Translations under genes and position numbers: made by a program
Source of the DNA: Patescibacteria group bacterium
Lineage (GTDB): Bacteria > Patescibacteriota > Minisyncoccia > UBA6257 > 2-01-FULL-56-20
Reading direction: 5' to 3'
Assembly: GCA_025054755.1 (NCBI GenBank)
Contig: JANWZH010000002.1
Span: 1 to 41,195 of the forward strand
DNA length: 41,195 bases
The notes under the pieces: generated by a model
What the model saw: only the letters and a program-made list of their open reading frames with translations
Told to the model about the DNA's origin: nothing
Database searches by the model: none
Shown here: one piece after another, positions 39,664 through 41,195 of the stretch
Numbering within the stretch: position 1 is the first letter of the stretch
Layout: each line of letters starts with the position of its first letter

Positions 39664-40953
39664 ATGGCTGAAAAATTTTTATTTAAGTTTCCAGAAAAAT
39701 TTTTGTGGGGAGCATCTACTTCTAGTCATCAAGTCGAAGGGTTTAATTATAATAATTGGACAGAGTGGGAAAAAAATAATGCTTATAAATTATCTTTCAA
39801 TGCTAAAAATTATTATCAAAAATGGCAACAAGAAAATTTTAAAGAAATGTTCAGCCCTCAAAATTATGTTTCTGGAAAATCTACTGATCATTATCATAAA
39901 TTTGAATTAGATTTTAAACTAGCCAAAGAGCTTGGTCACAACTCAACTCGTTTTTCTATTGAATGGTCTAGAATTGAACCAGAAGAGGGCAAGTTTAATC
40001 AAAAAGAAATTAATCATTATAAACAAGTAATAGAATTATTAGAAAAATTAAATTTAGAGCCATTTGTAACAATTTGGCATTGGACTTTACCTATTTGGTT
40101 TGAAAGCTTGGGTGGTTTTGAAAATAGCAAAAACATTTTTTATTTTAAACGTTATGTTGAAAAAATAGTTAAAAATATTGGTAAAAATGTTAAATTTTGG
40201 ATTACAATTAACGAGCCTGAAATTTATTCTATGATGTCCTATTTAGAAGGAAAATGGCCACCTCAAAAGAAAAATATTTTTAAATATTTGAAAGTATTTC
40301 ATAATTTAATTTTTGCTCATAAAGAAACCTATAAAATTATTAAAAAAATAAACCCTAAAGCACAAATAGGAATTGCAAAAAATAATATTTATTTTGAAAG
40401 TTATAAAAATAAATTAGCAAATTTAATTTTAAAGAAATTAGCTGATTGGTGGTGGAATAATTATTTTTTAAATAAAATTCAAAATTATCAGGATTTTATA
40501 GGTTTAAATCATTATTTTCATAATAGAATTAATTATGGTTTTAATAAAAATGAAAATAAAATTGTTTCAGATTTGGGGTGGGAAGTTTTGCCAGAATCAA
40601 TTTATTATGTTTTAAAAGATTTAAAAAAATTTAATAAACCAATTTATATTACTGAAAATGGATTAGCTGATGCTCAAGACAAAAAAAGAATTTGGTTTAT
40701 TTTTGAAACATTAAAAAACATTTATAAAGCTTTAAATGAAGGAGTTGACATTAAAGGATATTTTCATTGGGCCTTAATAGATAATTTTGAATGGAGCGAT
40801 GGTTTTTGGCCAAGATTTGGTTTAATTGAAATAAATTATGAAAATTTAAATCGAAATATTAGATTATCGGCTTTGTTTTATAAAGAAATTTGTTTAAATA
40901 ATGGTATAACATATGATATGCTTGAAAAATATAAAAACCCGATAAATTTATAA
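39664..40953 (+). CDS. Glycoside hydrolase family 1 (beta-glucosidase-like)
   Basis: FPEKFLWGASTSSHQVEG, RFSIEWSRIEP, TINEP acid/base, ITENG nucleophile, DNFEW; ATG at 39664 preferred. Confidence 0.94.
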   Translation: MAEKFLFKFPEKFLWGASTSSHQVEGFNYNNWTEWEKNNAYKLSFNAKNYYQKWQQENFKEMFSPQNYVSGKSTDHYHKFELDFKLAKELGHNSTRFSIEWSRIEPEEGKFNQKEINHYKQVIELLEKLNLEPFVTIWHWTLPIWFESLGGFENSKNIFYFKRYVEKIVKNIGKNVKFWITINEPEIYSMMSYLEGKWPPQKKNIFKYLKVFHNLIFAHKETYKIIKKINPKAQIGIAKNNIYFESYKNKLANLILKKLADWWWNNYFLNKIQNYQDFIGLNHYFHNRINYGFNKNENKIVSDLGWEVLPESIYYVLKDLKKFNKPIYITENGLADAQDKKRIWFIFETLKNIYKALNEGVDIKGYFHWALIDNFEWSDGFWPRFGLIEINYENLNRNIRLSALFYKEICLNNGITYDMLEKYKNPINL

Positions 40954-40970
40954 TTATGTTAGAATATAGT

Positions 40971-41042
40971 GTCCCCGTGGTGAAATGGATATCACGTCAG
41001 GCTTCGGACCTGAAGTTCCGGGTTCAAATCCTGGCGGGGACG
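40971..41042 (+). tRNA. tRNA-Arg(UCG)
   Basis: GTCCCCG acceptor, anticodon arm TCAGG-CTTCGGA-CCTGA, GTTCAAATC. Confidence 0.94.
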
Positions 41043-41064
41043 CATTGAATTAATTAATTTTTTT

Positions 41065-41195
41065 ATGAATAGATATATTATCGGTATTGATGAAGTGGGG
41101 AGAGGAGCATTAGCTGGTCCAATTTTTGTTTGTGCAGTTGTTTTGCCTCAAAATTTTAAAATTAAAAATAAAAAATTAGGAAAAATTTTAGATTC
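41065..41195 (+). CDS. rnhB: Ribonuclease HII, 5' part (runs off the window; not in the ORF track)
   Basis: Translates [27 protein letters not shown]...LDS. Confidence 0.92.
   Translation, partial: MNRYIIGIDEVGRGALAGPIFVCAVVLPQNFKIKNKKLGKILD

Overview
Very AT-rich (by eye roughly 20-25% GC), gene-dense chromosomal window with almost all genes on the + strand. It is most likely from a Patescibacteria/CPR bacterium of the Parcubacteria (OD1) type, based on 16S signatures and the gene set. TGA is used as a stop, so the standard bacterial code applies. Contents: housekeeping genes (ftsH, metG, rplS, ppsA, pth, lepB, hisS, rpsU, ybeY, ftsA, ftsZ, rmuC, greA, lysS, pepA, partial rnhB), a stand-alone 16S rRNA gene with its own promoter and processing stem, five tRNA genes, a type IV pilus platform/minor-pilin cluster, and a module of a sigma4-HTH/delta-like protein, two membrane proteins and a TraD/HerA-like ATPase. 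No CRISPR array, integrase or transposase is visible. The most notable signals are: (1) the 16S 3' end lacks the anti-Shine-Dalgarno, while many genes have -35/-10 boxes placed to give leaderless or near-leaderless mRNAs; (2) a 36-bp palindrome that reads as a sigma70 promoter on both strands lies in front of the sigma4-only protein; (3) an apparently split and degenerate coupling-ATPase module; (4) a possible split domain linking a minor pilin to a secreted repeat protein. All protein calls come from motif recognition by eye, not database searches.
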